From NCBI GenBank assembly GCA_963805855.1, contig CAWDVW010000007.1, positions 160,001 through 224,000 on the forward strand: DNA of 64,000 nt, written 5' to 3'. The translations under genes were made by a program, and so were the position numbers. Numbering within the stretch: the first letter of the stretch is position 1; every line of letters starts with the position of its first letter. Shown in pieces: positions 63,794 through 64,000 of this stretch. The stretch is from Candidatus Dadabacteria bacterium (lineage in GTDB: Bacteria > Desulfobacterota_D > UBA1144 > Nemesobacterales > CSP1-2). Under the pieces are notes generated by a model. It saw nothing but the letters and a program-made list of their open reading frames with translations, did no database searches and had not been told where the DNA came from.

Positions 63794-64000
63794 ATGAGAA
63801 TATGTTTAATCTGCGTTGAGATATTCGCTTGGGGAAAGTATGGAGGGTTTGGACAAGCTACGCGGATAATTGGTCGTGAACTGGCGAAACGGGGAATTGA
63901 GGTTTTTGCCGTCGTTCCAAGGCGAAAAGGCCAGAAACCCGTAGAAGAGTTAGATGGGATTACTGTTTTAAGCTTTCAACCCAATTTCCCTTGGTCTTCA
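63794..64000 (+). CDS. Glycosyltransferase family 4, N-terminal fragment (runs off the window)
   Basis: MRICLICVEIFAWGKYGGFGQATRIIGRELAKRGIEVFAVVP... Confidence 0.75.
   Translation, partial: MRICLICVEIFAWGKYGGFGQATRIIGRELAKRGIEVFAVVPRRKGQKPVEELDGITVLSFQPNFPWSS

Overview
Bacterial chromosomal window of moderate GC, mostly housekeeping and metabolic genes. It holds addB-addA, a GH15 hydrolase, a TrxB-like/4Fe-4S membrane oxidoreductase, an ABC-2 exporter, an M42 peptidase, an Aas-like acyl ligase-ACP-acyltransferase, tRNA-Arg(CCT), xseAB, trpS, ccr, the rpoN-hpf-ptsN-hprK-rapZ-EIIA cluster, leuCD, eno and the start of a glycosyltransferase/sulfotransferase locus. I saw no integrase, transposase, prophage, rRNA or CRISPR array. 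The standout is a two-gene unit at 10762-16988. The first gene encodes a GAF-PAS-PAS-GAF-GAF protein ending in a sigma54-activator-type AAA+ domain that has lost GAFTGA, both arginine fingers, sensor II and the HTH. The second, 23 nt downstream, encodes a long-chain acyl-CoA-synthetase-like domain with a degenerate P-loop, fused to two tandem diadenylate-cyclase (DisA_N/DAC) folds, one degenerate and one with DGA/RHxxA motifs. I infer a pseudo-enzyme sensor module controlling cyclic dinucleotide synthesis. Other signals missed by the ORF track are a stand-alone 23-aa Lys/Ala micropeptide gene, a tandemly duplicated sigma54 promoter-RBS-ATG unit, a candidate regulated sRNA, and a ~155-nt structured dispersed repeat. 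Several single-base frameshifts in otherwise intact genes suggest assembly indel errors. All calls come from motif recognition by eye, with no database searches.
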